Source: Gammaproteobacteria bacterium
GTDB taxonomy: Bacteria; Pseudomonadota; Gammaproteobacteria; G965209235
Assembly (NCBI GenBank): GCA_965209235.1
Contig: OZ242382.1
Location: 1,327,010-1,391,009 of the forward strand
DNA: 64,000 nt
Direction of reading: 5' to 3'
Shown: positions 24,971-35,572 of the stretch, piece after piece
Position numbering within the stretch: the first letter of the stretch is position 1
Layout of the letters: every line of letters starts with the position of its first letter
Position numbers and translations under genes: made by a program
The notes under the pieces: generated by a model
The model's database searches: none
Told to the model about the DNA's origin: nothing
Seen by the model: only the letters and a program-made list of their open reading frames with translations

Positions 24971-25762
24971 TTAGCCTTGGATATCGTCTTCGCTGACGAG
25001 TGTTGTGTGCAAGCCAGCATCCACATACAGAACGGTTCCTGTCACACCCGCTGCCAGCGGTGAGCACAAGAAAGCTGCGGCATTTCCGACATCCGCCGGC
25101 GTCACATTGCGCCGCAGGGGTGCGCGCGTGCGACCTGTGGCTAGCAATTTGCGAAAGTGTGGAACGCCTTGTGAGGCCAACGTGGGGATGGCTCCCGCAG
25201 AAATCGCATTGACGCGTGTTCCGTCTGGTCCCATGTGTGTCGCGAGGTACCGAGTGGCGGACTCAAGAGCCGCCTTCGCCAGGCCCATCGTGTTGTAGTT
25301 GGGAAGTGCGAGGTTCGCGCCAATGTAGGTCAGGGTGAGTAACGCAGCATCATCTGACAAGTGCTCGTGAAAGGACTTTGCCAGTTCGATGAACGAGTAA
25401 GCGCTTACGTTCATGGCGTAGGTAAAGCCATCAATGGTTGTGCTCTGCAGCCAATCCCGAGCGAGCTCGTTCGCTGGTGCAAAGCCGACGGAATGGACGA
25501 TACCATCCACTTCACCAAACGTCTTGACAACAGCGTCGCGCATCTCGCCAATCGACTCTTTGGACGACACATCGCATTTGACGAGAAGCTCACCGTCTAA
25601 CCGCTCAGCAATCGGTTTCACGCGTTTGAGCAAGCGATCATCCTGGTAGCTAAACGCGAGGCGGGCCCCTTCGCGATGCATCGCTTCCGCGATGCCGGTG
25701 GCAATTGAGTGTGTATTGGCGACACCGACAATAAGGAATCGGCGGCCGGAAAGTAGTCCCAT
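24971..25762 (-). CDS. fabI: enoyl-[acyl-carrier-protein] reductase (NADH)
   Basis: Motifs 'GRRFLIVGVANTHSIATGIAEAM', 'HSVGFAP' and 'YNTMGLAKAALES'. Confidence 0.9.
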   Translation of the reverse strand: MGLLSGRRFLIVGVANTHSIATGIAEAMHREGARLAFSYQDDRLLKRVKPIAERLDGELLVKCDVSSKESIGEMRDAVVKTFGEVDGIVHSVGFAPANELARDWLQSTTIDGFTYAMNVSAYSFIELAKSFHEHLSDDAALLTLTYIGANLALPNYNTMGLAKAALESATRYLATHMGPDGTRVNAISAGAIPTLASQGVPHFRKLLATGRTRAPLRRNVTPADVGNAAAFLCSPLAAGVTGTVLYVDAGLHTTLVSEDDIQG

Positions 25763-25859
25763 AACGAGGCTCTTTGAGTATCTCCAAATTATCGTTCATT
25801 CCCTCGACGTCACCAAAAAAATAGAATCAAGCAACCCCAGCGGCATGCTGGGTCTGTGT

Positions 25860-25936
25860 GGTGGGCGTAGCTCAATAGGCAGAGCTCTGGTTTGTGGTAC
25901 CAGCGGTTGTGGGTTCAAGTCCCACCGTCCACCCCA
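25860..25936 (+). tRNA. tRNA-His (GUG)
   Basis: Hand-folded cloverleaf. G-1 pairs with discriminator C. Acceptor GTGGGCG/CGTCCAC, anticodon loop TTGTGGT, T-loop GTGGG-TTCAAGT-CCCAC, encoded CCA. Confidence 0.9.
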
Positions 25937-26010
25937 TTCACTCGTAGCCCATACACAAACATGGCGGCCCCACGAGTGTTTCCCGAGGCGAATGACATGA
26001 ACACAAGCAC

Positions 26011-27228
26011 GTGACGGAATGGTGGGCCTCACTAGGCATCCCAGACGGTACGACACGGCTACTGATCGGTGCGGTCGTCGCTGTCATCGTCGGAGCGTTT
26101 GTACTCCCAATGTACGTAGCGAAGCGGTTGCCACGCGACCCGAAGCTTAGTCAATCTGTCATTGCACGGAGACTCCGGTGGCGATTTGGTGGCTTTGGGG
26201 TCACGTTGACATTGGCCACCTACGCTGCCCATCATGCGTCCATTGGAGAGGATGCGTGGCTGCTGGCTGCCCGTCTCGGAATGGCCATGACAATTGCATT
26301 TGCGGCGATGGCGCTGTCATCTTTGCTGACACTGACAGTGGCGTTCTCAAGGCGGTGGGAAATCTCCAAGATGCTGCCAATGAAGGGGTATGCCCAGTTG
26401 GCTCGGATTGGCTTGTGGCTGGTCGCGCTGGTCTTAATGGTGGCCAGCTTAGGCGGTCAGCCGATTGGCTACTACTTGGGTGGTTTGAGTGCTGTCGCTG
26501 CGGTCCTTGTGTTTGTCTTTCGAGACACATTGTTGTCGCTGGTGGCCGTGCTACAGATCCACCAACTGAAGATTTTGCGGATTGGAGACTGGATTGAGGC
26601 TCCGGCGTTTCATGTGGATGGTGAAGTCACTGACATCTCGTTGCACACGGTTGTCATCCGTAACTGGGACCACACCCTTAATACCATTCCGACCATGCGA
26701 GTGATTGATACTCCGCTACGTAACTGGAACGGGATGATAGATTCCGGCGGGCGGCGCATCAAGCGGGCCATCCCCATTGACATGTGGAGTGTCAGCTTCT
26801 TAAAGCCTGAGGAAATTGAGAGTTTCAAGGAACTGCCGCCCCTCACGCGATACATTGAGACGCGGGTGCAGGAGATAGCCGATTACAACGACCGTCTTCA
26901 AGCACACAATCCTGACGGTCGCGATTTGAGACGGTTTACCAACATTGGGATGTTTCGCGCCTACGCTCAAAACTACTTGCGTCAGCATCCCAAACTCAAC
27001 ACCATTGACTTCACGTGCATGGTGCGTCAGCTACCTCCGAATGAAGCCGGGATCCCGTTGGAGGTGTATGCCTTCACCAACACCGTTGATTGGGCGGAGT
27101 ATGAGTCCATTCAGGCGGATGTGTTCGACCATTTGCTCTCAAAAGTAGAGGCATTTGGCTTGCGTGTCTATCAACGTGGAACGACACGGCCCCAACAGCT
27201 GCCGGTCTTAATTCCGACGCTGTACTAG
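26011..27228 (+). CDS. mechanosensitive ion channel (MscS family)
   Basis: Multiple N-terminal TM helices and MscS beta-domain 'LRIGDWIEAPAFHVDGEVTDISLHTVVIRNWDHTLNTIPT'. Confidence 0.8.
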   Translation: MTEWWASLGIPDGTTRLLIGAVVAVIVGAFVLPMYVAKRLPRDPKLSQSVIARRLRWRFGGFGVTLTLATYAAHHASIGEDAWLLAARLGMAMTIAFAAMALSSLLTLTVAFSRRWEISKMLPMKGYAQLARIGLWLVALVLMVASLGGQPIGYYLGGLSAVAAVLVFVFRDTLLSLVAVLQIHQLKILRIGDWIEAPAFHVDGEVTDISLHTVVIRNWDHTLNTIPTMRVIDTPLRNWNGMIDSGGRRIKRAIPIDMWSVSFLKPEEIESFKELPPLTRYIETRVQEIADYNDRLQAHNPDGRDLRRFTNIGMFRAYAQNYLRQHPKLNTIDFTCMVRQLPPNEAGIPLEVYAFTNTVDWAEYESIQADVFDHLLSKVEAFGLRVYQRGTTRPQQLPVLIPTLY

Positions 27229-27319
27229 TCTCCCTTTTCTCTCATCGCTGCGTGTTTATTCGCTGTGGGCGCGCAATACGGCACAATACACGCAGACGAC
27301 TGGATAGGGGGGTGCCACC

Positions 27320-28651
27320 TTGCCTGAATTAACTAAAGAAGAGGGATTTCAGCGAACCATTGCTGGGTCTGTTTCACAAACTCTGATTGAAGAACAAGTC
27401 CATACGGCGCTGACAGAGCGCGCAAAAACGTTTCAGCGCGCGGGATTTCGACCTGGCAGAGTGCCAATGCATCTCATAAAGCAGAGCATTGGCGATCCGT
27501 TGCAACGTCAGATTCGCGCAGATCTCCTTGAAGCAGATCTCCGTGACGCGATGGAAACGCTCAAGATGGTGCCGGCGACGCGACCCAACATCAAGGTGGT
27601 GAGCGATGATGCCGAAGCGTTGAAATGGGAGGCCGAGTTTGAGGTGATGCCCGAAGTGTCTTGCCCCGATGTTGATGCCTTGGCAGTTTCTAAGCCGACG
27701 GCGGAGATTAGCGACGAACTCGTGGAACAGGAACTGCGTATGGTGCGGCAAGCATCTGCATCGTGGGAGCCTGTTGATAGCGACATCCAACCAAAGGGCG
27801 CATTGCGCGCTGATATCGAAGCGACAAAGGACGGCGAACCTGTGGCCGGAATGTCGGGAACTGATTTGGTCGTGGACTTGTCTAAGCCGCTACCCGATGC
27901 GCTTGCGGAAGCTTTGCGCAGCGCGAAAGTAGGTGCCCAAGTGAACGTGACCGCGACGATGCCCGATGAGTGGCCGTCTGACCCTGACCTTGCTGGACAG
28001 GACGTAACGTTCGATCTGAAAGTGAAAACAGCCGTTGAACTCAAGAGTCCTGAAGACAACGACGAGTTCTATGCGAAGTCTCAACTCGGGACCACCCGAG
28101 ATGAGTTTGCCAAGCGCGTCCGAGATAACCTCTCAATGAGGCTTGACCGCGCGTTGGAACAGCAGTTTCGGACGAACGTGTTCGATGCGTTTGCTGCCAT
28201 TGCACCCACTGAACTTCCGGAGCGCCGGCTTCAGGAAGAGGAAATGCAAGTCATGCATGAAGTGACGCAACGCGGTGCCAAAATCGAAGATTTGATGAAA
28301 GACGATGAAAGCAAGTCGTGGATCCAACAGCGTGCACGGCACCGGTTTTCTGTGACCCTTGTGATGAAAGCCATCATGGACGAACATGAAATCCAACCGT
28401 CACCAGCGGTCATGTCTCAGCTGATCGAAGAGCGTGTGTCTCAGGAGCAAGATAGCAAGAAGCGGAGGCAGCTTGCGGAACAGATCATGCAAGACAGTGA
28501 TGCCATGGGATCGGTACGGGCGATGGCGCTCGAACAGGAAATTGTTGAATTCGTGATGAAAAAGGCCAATATCACAGAAGTGCCCGAAGATGCTCGCACC
28601 ATCTTGAAAATGCCCGCGGATCCTGAAGCCTCGGAGACCAGTTCGTCATGA
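27320..28651 (+). CDS. tig: trigger factor
   Basis: Motif '[14 protein letters not shown]'; tig-clpP-clpX-lon synteny; TTG start. Confidence 0.88.
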   Translation: MPELTKEEGFQRTIAGSVSQTLIEEQVHTALTERAKTFQRAGFRPGRVPMHLIKQSIGDPLQRQIRADLLEADLRDAMETLKMVPATRPNIKVVSDDAEALKWEAEFEVMPEVSCPDVDALAVSKPTAEISDELVEQELRMVRQASASWEPVDSDIQPKGALRADIEATKDGEPVAGMSGTDLVVDLSKPLPDALAEALRSAKVGAQVNVTATMPDEWPSDPDLAGQDVTFDLKVKTAVELKSPEDNDEFYAKSQLGTTRDEFAKRVRDNLSMRLDRALEQQFRTNVFDAFAAIAPTELPERRLQEEEMQVMHEVTQRGAKIEDLMKDDESKSWIQQRARHRFSVTLVMKAIMDEHEIQPSPAVMSQLIEERVSQEQDSKKRRQLAEQIMQDSDAMGSVRAMALEQEIVEFVMKKANITEVPEDARTILKMPADPEASETSSS

Positions 28652-29262
28652 ACAACTTCTTGGTGCCTATGGTCGTTGAAAACAGCGGTCGAGGCGAACG
28701 TGCCTTCGATATCTACTCCCGGATGCTGGGGGAACGCGTCGTGTTTCTGACCGGTCCGGTGACCGATGAAAGCGCTAGCCTTGTGATTGCGCAGCTGCTG
28801 TACCTCGAATCAGAGAGTCAAAGCAAGGACATCCATCTGTACATCAACTCACCTGGTGGGTCGGTGACTGCAGGTCTCGCCGTGTACGACACAATGCAAT
28901 TTATTGCCCCCGAAGTATCGACGGCATGTGTGGGTATGGCTGCAAGCATGGGAGCCGTATTGCTCGCTGGCGGAGCTCCCAAGAAGCGGTTCATCTTGCC
29001 CCATTCGAGCGTGATGATTCACCAAGTGCATGGCGGAACTCAAGGACCAGCTGTTGATGTCGAGATTTATGCCAAAGAGATGGTTCGATCTCGGCAGGCT
29101 ATCTACCAGATACTCGCCTCGCACTCGGGGCGGACGGTTGAAGAAATAGAATCTGCAAGCGATCGGGATAACTACCTGAGCGCTCAGGAGGCAATCGCCT
29201 TTGGTCTGGTTGATTCGCTGATCAAACGTCGCCAAGGCAAGGACGCCGCGAAAGGGGAGTAA
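28648..29262 (+). CDS. clpP: ATP-dependent Clp protease proteolytic subunit
   Basis: Motifs '[11 protein letters not shown]', '[11 protein letters not shown]', 'GMAASMGA' and 'MIHQ'. Confidence 0.95.
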   Translation: MNNFLVPMVVENSGRGERAFDIYSRMLGERVVFLTGPVTDESASLVIAQLLYLESESQSKDIHLYINSPGGSVTAGLAVYDTMQFIAPEVSTACVGMAASMGAVLLAGGAPKKRFILPHSSVMIHQVHGGTQGPAVDVEIYAKEMVRSRQAIYQILASHSGRTVEEIESASDRDNYLSAQEAIAFGLVDSLIKRRQGKDAAKGE

Positions 29263-29265
29263 TGC

Positions 29266-30642
29266 ATGACTGATGAAACTAGCTCCAGCGGCGGAGGCTC
29301 GGATGATAAAACCCGGGCAATGTGCAGTTTCTGCAGCGCGCCTGCGGATAAGGTTGGCCGACTGGTAAGCTCGCCTAACCAAAACGTTTTCATCTGTAAT
29401 GACTGCGTGAAGCTGTGTTCGGACATGCTTGAGCGTGTCCAACAGGGTGTGAGGCCGCAACGCGAAGAAGCGTCTGTTCCCAAACCGATAGACATCAAGG
29501 CCTACTTAGACGAGCATGTGATCGGGCAGGATCGGGCAAAACTGGTGTTAGCGGTTGCTGTTTACAACCACTACAAGCGTGTTTTCGACAACGATGTCAG
29601 TCAGATCGAAGAGTCTCTGCAGAACATTGAGACTCAGAAGAGCAATGTCTTGTTGATTGGCCCTTCAGGTTGCGGAAAGACGTTGTTGGCCCAACGGTTA
29701 GCGGACCTGTTGAGTGTCCCGTTTGTTGTGGCAGACGCGACGTCGTTGACGGAAGCTGGCTACGTGGGCGAAGACGTTGAGTCCGTGCTGCAAAAGCTTC
29801 TCATTCAAGCCGATTATGATGTGGAACGTGCTCAGCGTGGGATCGTTTATCTGGATGAAATAGATAAGGTTGCTCGCAAGGGGCAACATGTCTCCATCAC
29901 GCGCGATGTCTCTGGTGAAGGGGTTCAGCAAGCACTGCTGAAAGTCATTGAAGGAACTGTGGCGTCTGTGCCACCACAAGGCGGACGTAAACACCCGCAT
30001 CAAGAATTTGTGCGCATTGACACATCGAATATCTTGTTCATCTGCGGCGGTATGTTCGCTGGATTGGATAAGGTGATTGAGCGACGTCTGGAATCGGTCT
30101 CGATTGGCTTCCATTCAACGCCTTCTGGGCAAGCTGATCCGGAAGCGGCTCGCCCGGATTTGTTAACGTCAGTGGAGCCCGATGACTTGGTTCGCTATGG
30201 GTTGATTCCTGAGTTTGTTGGCCGTTTGCCGGTCATTGGCGTATTGAGCGAGCTGACGATTGAGCAACTGAAGCGGGCGATGATTGAGCCTCGTAACAAC
30301 CTCGTTGATCAGTTTCGCTACTTGTTTGCGTTAGATCAGATCGACTTGAAAATTACCGATGGCGCTTTGAACGAGATTGCTAGCCAAGCGCATGAGCGCA
30401 AGGTGGGTGCACGCGGCCTAAAGTCGGTGTTGGAGCGTTTACTTCTAGAACCGATGTATGAGGTTCCGTCCAATAAGGAAGTGACAGGAGTGAGCATCAC
30501 TTCTGAGGTTGCAAAAGGCGATGCCAAGCCCAAATTTGTGAAAGGAAGTCGCCCGAAGACAGCGCCAAAGGACAAGGACTCAAACAATAACAACGACCCT
30601 GACGATCAGGGACCGAGTCTGCTTGAGGCTCAAGCGGGATGA
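29266..30642 (+). CDS. clpX: ATP-dependent Clp protease ATP-binding subunit ClpX
   Basis: C4 zinc finger 'CSFC...CNDC' and Walker A 'GPSGCGKT'. Confidence 0.95.
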   Translation: MTDETSSSGGGSDDKTRAMCSFCSAPADKVGRLVSSPNQNVFICNDCVKLCSDMLERVQQGVRPQREEASVPKPIDIKAYLDEHVIGQDRAKLVLAVAVYNHYKRVFDNDVSQIEESLQNIETQKSNVLLIGPSGCGKTLLAQRLADLLSVPFVVADATSLTEAGYVGEDVESVLQKLLIQADYDVERAQRGIVYLDEIDKVARKGQHVSITRDVSGEGVQQALLKVIEGTVASVPPQGGRKHPHQEFVRIDTSNILFICGGMFAGLDKVIERRLESVSIGFHSTPSGQADPEAARPDLLTSVEPDDLVRYGLIPEFVGRLPVIGVLSELTIEQLKRAMIEPRNNLVDQFRYLFALDQIDLKITDGALNEIASQAHERKVGARGLKSVLERLLLEPMYEVPSNKEVTGVSITSEVAKGDAKPKFVKGSRPKTAPKDKDSNNNNDPDDQGPSLLEAQAG

Positions 30643-33080
30643 GCGACCTGAAAGCTTCGGAAGACATGTCGTCTTTGCGGATACCGGTGTTGCCACTACG
30701 GGATGGGTTACTTCTCCCTGATCAAACGGTGTCTTTCCTCGTTGGGCGCAGTATTTCTGTGACCGGCGTCCGGCAGGCCGCGGTCAGTGATGGATTACTC
30801 GCTGTTGTTCGTCAGACGGATATCAGCAAGTCTGTGCCTCGTCAGAGTGATCTCGAGCGTATCGGATGCGTGGCTCGGGTCATCCGGATTGCCGAACTGA
30901 AACATAAAGTTTTAAAAGTTGAAGTGGCTGGATTGCACGCAGCCCGCGTGTCGCACCTGCGCTCCCAGCGCCGCGCGCTCACTTGCACGGCTGAAATCCT
31001 CCCCATCTCTGAGCGCCCGGTGAACTCGGTTGAACGTGACGCCCTGTGGGAAAGCGTGCGCCGAGCCGTCGCGAGCTTGATGGAAAAGGATGAAAGATAC
31101 CGCAAGAAGCCGTTCAGTGATGTCGTATCGGCCGATGCATCCAATCGGTTGGTGGCAGACCTGACGACCGAACTTCAGTTGCCATCAGATCGACTGCAAC
31201 CGTTCCTTGAGGAAACATCACTCGATAAGCGTATCGAGTTGTTGCTGGTTGCCTTTGAAGTGACGGCCCAGCGACATGAATTGGAAACCGCTGTTCAAGC
31301 GCGCGTCCGGTCTCAAATGGAGAAGTCCCAGCGGGAATACTTCTTACGTGAGAAGATTTCGGCGGCGCGACGTGAGTTGGGCGACGATAAGGATCCAGAG
31401 TCTGAGTTGGATCGGCTGGCGCGCGATGTTCGCGATTCCGGGATGCCTCAGGAAGCGATGGATAAGGCCCTCAGCGAGATCACCCGTACGCGCAGCATGC
31501 CTGCCATCTCAGCCGAGGTCGCAGTGGCGCGCAACTGGATTGATTGGCTCCTGAAAATGCCGTGGAAGGCGTCAACGTCTTCGACAGTCTCTCTCAAATC
31601 AGCCGCCGAATCTCTGGATGCTGAGCACGCGGGCCTCACCGACGTGAAAGAGCGGATCCTTGAGCATATCGCCACGAATCGGCGATCCAAACGTCAAGGC
31701 GGAGCTGTGCTTTGCTTAGTCGGTCCACCAGGAACCGGAAAGACATCGTTAGGGCAGTCTATCGCCAAGGCATGCGGACGTGAATATGTTCGTGCTGCTC
31801 TTGGTGGCGTGCGCGATGAGGCTGAAATCCGAGGCCATCGACGCACGTACGTTGGAGCTATGCCAGGCAAGATCGCGCAACGCTTAGCGCGATGCGGGGT
31901 TGATGATCCGCTCTTTCTGCTGGATGAGCTTGATAAGCTCAGCAGCGACTACCGAAGCGATCCTGCGTCCGCACTTCTCGAAGTGCTAGACCCAGAGCAA
32001 AACTCGGCGTTCAATGATCATTATCTGGACGTGGATTTGGACCTGAGTAAGGTTCTGTTCGTGTGCACGGCCAACTCGATGCGCATCCCTCCCGCACTGT
32101 TGGATCGTCTTGACGTGATTAACCTTGACGGCTACACCAATGACGAGAAAGTGCGTATTGGGGATCTTCACCTTGTTCCGCGTTCTCGCGAGAGACTGGG
32201 CCTCAAAGAAGCGGAGTTTGACCTGTCAAAGGAGACGTTGGAACGACTCGTGTGGCAGTACACGCGAGAGCCTGGCGTGCGCGATCTCGAGCGCATCATC
32301 ATGCGGCTCGGGCGCAAGTGCTTGTTGCGTGAAAGTGGCTATGAGGGCAATAAGAAAGCCCTACCGAAAGACCTTCCGCTCAACGCTGATACTCTGCCAA
32401 AGTGGTTAGGCGCTCCTCGGTATTCAGTCGCCGAACGGAAAGGCGGTGATGTCGGTGTGGCGACAGGATTGGCATGGACCGCAGCATCAGGGGATACGTT
32501 GCCTGTTGAAGTCGCTGTGGTTGAAGGAAGTGGGCGAGTGGTTACCACTGGCTCGCTTGGTGATGTCCTGAAAGAAAGTGTGACGACAGCGCTTGGCTAC
32601 ATCAAGCTGCGGTCTGAAGAACTGCGCGTGGACCCGGGCGTGTTACGTAAGCGCGACATCTATGTTCACTTTCCTGAGGGAGCTGTCCCGAAGGATGGCC
32701 CCAGTGCGGGTATTACGCTGGTGACTGCTTTGGTGTCAGCATTGACACGTCGTCCTGTGCGGCATGACGTGGGGATGACTGGAGAGACCACGCTGCACGG
32801 AAAAGTACTCCGGATTGGTGGATTGCGAGCGAAGCTGACAGCAGCGAAGCGTGCTGGACTGCGAGAAGTCGTGTTGCCTGCAGAGAATGCCGGCGATATT
32901 GATGATATTGAGGAAGATCTGTTGACAGGGCTTGTTGTGACATTCGCATCGACTGTGGATGAAGTGCTCCGCCACACTCTGTTGGATCCGATCCCTTCGA
33001 ATGATGACGTTGATCTGTCTTTGGTTGCTCAACAAAAAGTTGAGGAGTCATCTGGTCAGACATCAACTCTCGCTGACTAA
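30639..33080 (+). CDS. lon: Lon protease
   Basis: Walker A 'GPPGTGKT' and catalytic 'PKDGPSAGIT'. Confidence 0.95.
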   Translation: MSDLKASEDMSSLRIPVLPLRDGLLLPDQTVSFLVGRSISVTGVRQAAVSDGLLAVVRQTDISKSVPRQSDLERIGCVARVIRIAELKHKVLKVEVAGLHAARVSHLRSQRRALTCTAEILPISERPVNSVERDALWESVRRAVASLMEKDERYRKKPFSDVVSADASNRLVADLTTELQLPSDRLQPFLEETSLDKRIELLLVAFEVTAQRHELETAVQARVRSQMEKSQREYFLREKISAARRELGDDKDPESELDRLARDVRDSGMPQEAMDKALSEITRTRSMPAISAEVAVARNWIDWLLKMPWKASTSSTVSLKSAAESLDAEHAGLTDVKERILEHIATNRRSKRQGGAVLCLVGPPGTGKTSLGQSIAKACGREYVRAALGGVRDEAEIRGHRRTYVGAMPGKIAQRLARCGVDDPLFLLDELDKLSSDYRSDPASALLEVLDPEQNSAFNDHYLDVDLDLSKVLFVCTANSMRIPPALLDRLDVINLDGYTNDEKVRIGDLHLVPRSRERLGLKEAEFDLSKETLERLVWQYTREPGVRDLERIIMRLGRKCLLRESGYEGNKKALPKDLPLNADTLPKWLGAPRYSVAERKGGDVGVATGLAWTAASGDTLPVEVAVVEGSGRVVTTGSLGDVLKESVTTALGYIKLRSEELRVDPGVLRKRDIYVHFPEGAVPKDGPSAGITLVTALVSALTRRPVRHDVGMTGETTLHGKVLRIGGLRAKLTAAKRAGLREVVLPAENAGDIDDIEEDLLTGLVVTFASTVDEVLRHTLLDPIPSNDDVDLSLVAQQKVEESSGQTSTLAD

Positions 33081-33093
33081 GTTGGGTCACTAA

Positions 33094-34746
33094 ATGACCC
33101 CCACGGATCGTCCGAGGGGGCACCGGTACATCTTTGTGACGGGTGGCGTTGTGTCGTCGCTTGGGAAAGGTGTGGTTTCGGCATCGCTCGGCTCGCTGTT
33201 GAAGTCAGCGGATCGAAAGATCACGATCATCAAACTGGACCCGTACATCAACGTCGACCCGGGCACGATGAACCCGTTCGAACATGGCGAGGTGTTTGTG
33301 ACGGCTGACGGTGCTGAGACGGACCTTGATCTTGGTCACTACGAACGGTTTACCGGCATCGAAACAGGATCTGGGAATAACATCACAACTGGGTCCATTT
33401 ACAAGCACGTCATCGAGAAAGAACGCGAAGGGGCGTTTCTGGGGCAGACGGTGCAGGTTATTCCGCACATCACCAATGAGATCTGTCGGCGCGTCGAAGA
33501 GATTGCCTCGCAGTTTGACATCACGATTGTGGAAGTAGGCGGAACGGTTGGAGACATTGAGTCGTTGCCGTTTCTCGAGGCGGTGCGACAACTTCGCCTC
33601 GCGCATGAGCGCCATGAGACGGCTAGTATTCACGTCTCGCTGGCACCTCGATTAGCGGCCACTGGTGAGATCAAAACCAAACCCACGCAACACTCTGTTC
33701 GAACGTTGGCGTCGTTGGGTATCAACCCTGACTTCATCGTGTGTCGGTCTGTTGAGCCACTCACCGAAAGTATCTCGGACAAGATTGCTAACTTCTGTAA
33801 CGTTAAACGACAGCACGTGTTTAGCTCGTACAACGTTCCTAGCATTTACGAGGTCCCGATCGTATTGAGCGAACAAGGGATCGTCGAGAGCGTGACGCAG
33901 CACCTACGAATTGACGCACAAGAGCCTAACACTGGCATCTGGCAGAACTTGATGGCTCGGCGCGCTCAGGCGGTCCAATCGAGCCCGATCCGCGTGGCCT
34001 TCATTGGCAAGTACATCCATAACCTTGACGCGTATGCGTCGCTTGTGCAATCGTTGCATCACTCAGGCTGGGCCGAGGGTGTTGACATTCAGGTTGAGCA
34101 GCATGATGGCGAATCTGTTGAGACCGAAGAGACGCGACGTGCCATTGAGGAAGCTGATGCGGTGATGGTGCCGGGTGGGTTTGGAAAACGGGGATCTCAA
34201 GGCATGATTCAAGCCATTCAGATCGCCCGAGAGCAACGCAAGCCCTATCTTGGGATTTGCTACGGCATGCATCTTGCGGCTGTTGAGGTCGCAAGGAATG
34301 TCGGCGGACTGCACGATGCATCTTCGACGGAAATTGAGCGCGAGACTGCCGTGCCGCTGGTGTCATTGGTTGAAGAGTGGGAAAGCGCTGACGGCAGCAA
34401 GCGAGTGGGTGAGACTGCTCGACGAGGTGCCACCATGCGCCTAGGTGCCTATCCGACAAACCTGCAACCTGGCACCAAGATCGCAGAGAGCTACGGCGAC
34501 GTCGCCATCGTGGAGAGGCATCGCCATCGATATGAGTTCAATCCCAAGTACGAAGGAGCATTAGCCAAAGCCGGACTTGTGCTATCAGGGCGCTCGCCAG
34601 ATGGCATTGTCGAAGCTATTGAACTGAAAGATCATCCCTTTTTCGTGGGGGTACAGTTTCATCCAGAATTTAAGTCGACGCCCGACGCCGGGCATCCACT
34701 CATTCGGGCATTTATACGAGCTGCGCGACAAGAATCTGAGGCTTAG
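33094..34746 (+). CDS. pyrG: CTP synthase
   Basis: Motifs 'IFVTGGVVSSLGKG' and 'LGICYGMH'. Confidence 0.95.
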   Translation: MTPTDRPRGHRYIFVTGGVVSSLGKGVVSASLGSLLKSADRKITIIKLDPYINVDPGTMNPFEHGEVFVTADGAETDLDLGHYERFTGIETGSGNNITTGSIYKHVIEKEREGAFLGQTVQVIPHITNEICRRVEEIASQFDITIVEVGGTVGDIESLPFLEAVRQLRLAHERHETASIHVSLAPRLAATGEIKTKPTQHSVRTLASLGINPDFIVCRSVEPLTESISDKIANFCNVKRQHVFSSYNVPSIYEVPIVLSEQGIVESVTQHLRIDAQEPNTGIWQNLMARRAQAVQSSPIRVAFIGKYIHNLDAYASLVQSLHHSGWAEGVDIQVEQHDGESVETEETRRAIEEADAVMVPGGFGKRGSQGMIQAIQIAREQRKPYLGICYGMHLAAVEVARNVGGLHDASSTEIERETAVPLVSLVEEWESADGSKRVGETARRGATMRLGAYPTNLQPGTKIAESYGDVAIVERHRHRYEFNPKYEGALAKAGLVLSGRSPDGIVEAIELKDHPFFVGVQFHPEFKSTPDAGHPLIRAFIRAARQESEA

Positions 34747-35568
34747 ATGACAAAGCACATTGGTATCGGCGAGGTCACTCTCGGCAATGACTTGCCTATC
34801 GCGGTGATCGGTGGAATCAATGTTCTTGAGTCTCGAGAGCTCGCCATGACAGTGGCTGATGCATTTGCTGAAGCGACGACTGCGAATTCCATTCCATGGA
34901 TCTTTAAGGCGTCTTTCGATAAAGCCAATCGATCCTCAATGCACTCCCCCCGAGGACCGGGGTTAGATGCGGGTCTCTCGTTGTTGCAAGAAGTGAAAGA
35001 GATGTTTAACGTGCCAGTGATCACGGACATCCACGAAGTGTCTCAGGCGGGTCCGGTCGGTGAAATCTGTGATGTTATCCAGATTCCTGCATTCTTATGT
35101 CGGCAAACGGATTTGATTTGTGCTGCCGCAAAGACGGGGAAGCCTGTCATGGTGAAAAAGGCTCAGTTCTTGGCGCCTGAAGATATGGCACACGTCCTCG
35201 CAAAGCTTGAGGCCGCTGGCTGTGATCGAGGGTTTCTCTGTGAACGAGGGTCGCAATTCGGGTACCACGGTCTCGTGGTGGACCCCGTGGGACTTCACCG
35301 CCTGAAGAACCACGATGTTCCTGTCGTGCTGGATGCGACTCATGGTGTGCAGATTCCTGGTGGGAAAGGCGGCGCCGCTGGCGGCGTGCGTGATGCGGTT
35401 GCGCCTTTAGCGCAGTGCGGCACGGCGATCGGGATTGCCGGGTTGTTTTTGGAAGCACATTCCCACCCGGATCAAGCGCTATGTGATGGCCCAAGTGTCA
35501 TACATATGGATAGCCTACCTGCTCTTTTAAAGCGTATTGCCAATATTGACAAGATTGTCAAGGAGTAA
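34747..35568 (+). CDS. kdsA: 3-deoxy-8-phosphooctulonate synthase
   Basis: Motifs 'FKASFDKANRSS' and 'QIPAFLCRQTDL'; pyrG-kdsA-eno synteny. Confidence 0.92.
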   Translation: MTKHIGIGEVTLGNDLPIAVIGGINVLESRELAMTVADAFAEATTANSIPWIFKASFDKANRSSMHSPRGPGLDAGLSLLQEVKEMFNVPVITDIHEVSQAGPVGEICDVIQIPAFLCRQTDLICAAAKTGKPVMVKKAQFLAPEDMAHVLAKLEAAGCDRGFLCERGSQFGYHGLVVDPVGLHRLKNHDVPVVLDATHGVQIPGGKGGAAGGVRDAVAPLAQCGTAIGIAGLFLEAHSHPDQALCDGPSVIHMDSLPALLKRIANIDKIVKE

Positions 35569-35572
35569 CGAT

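Noticed and set aside
25763-26010. tRNA-His (and tRNA-Gln at 54220-54294) could be integration sites of a genomic island.
   Set aside because: There is no integrase, no duplicated tRNA 3' segment and no compositional break. The flanking genes are conserved housekeeping genes.
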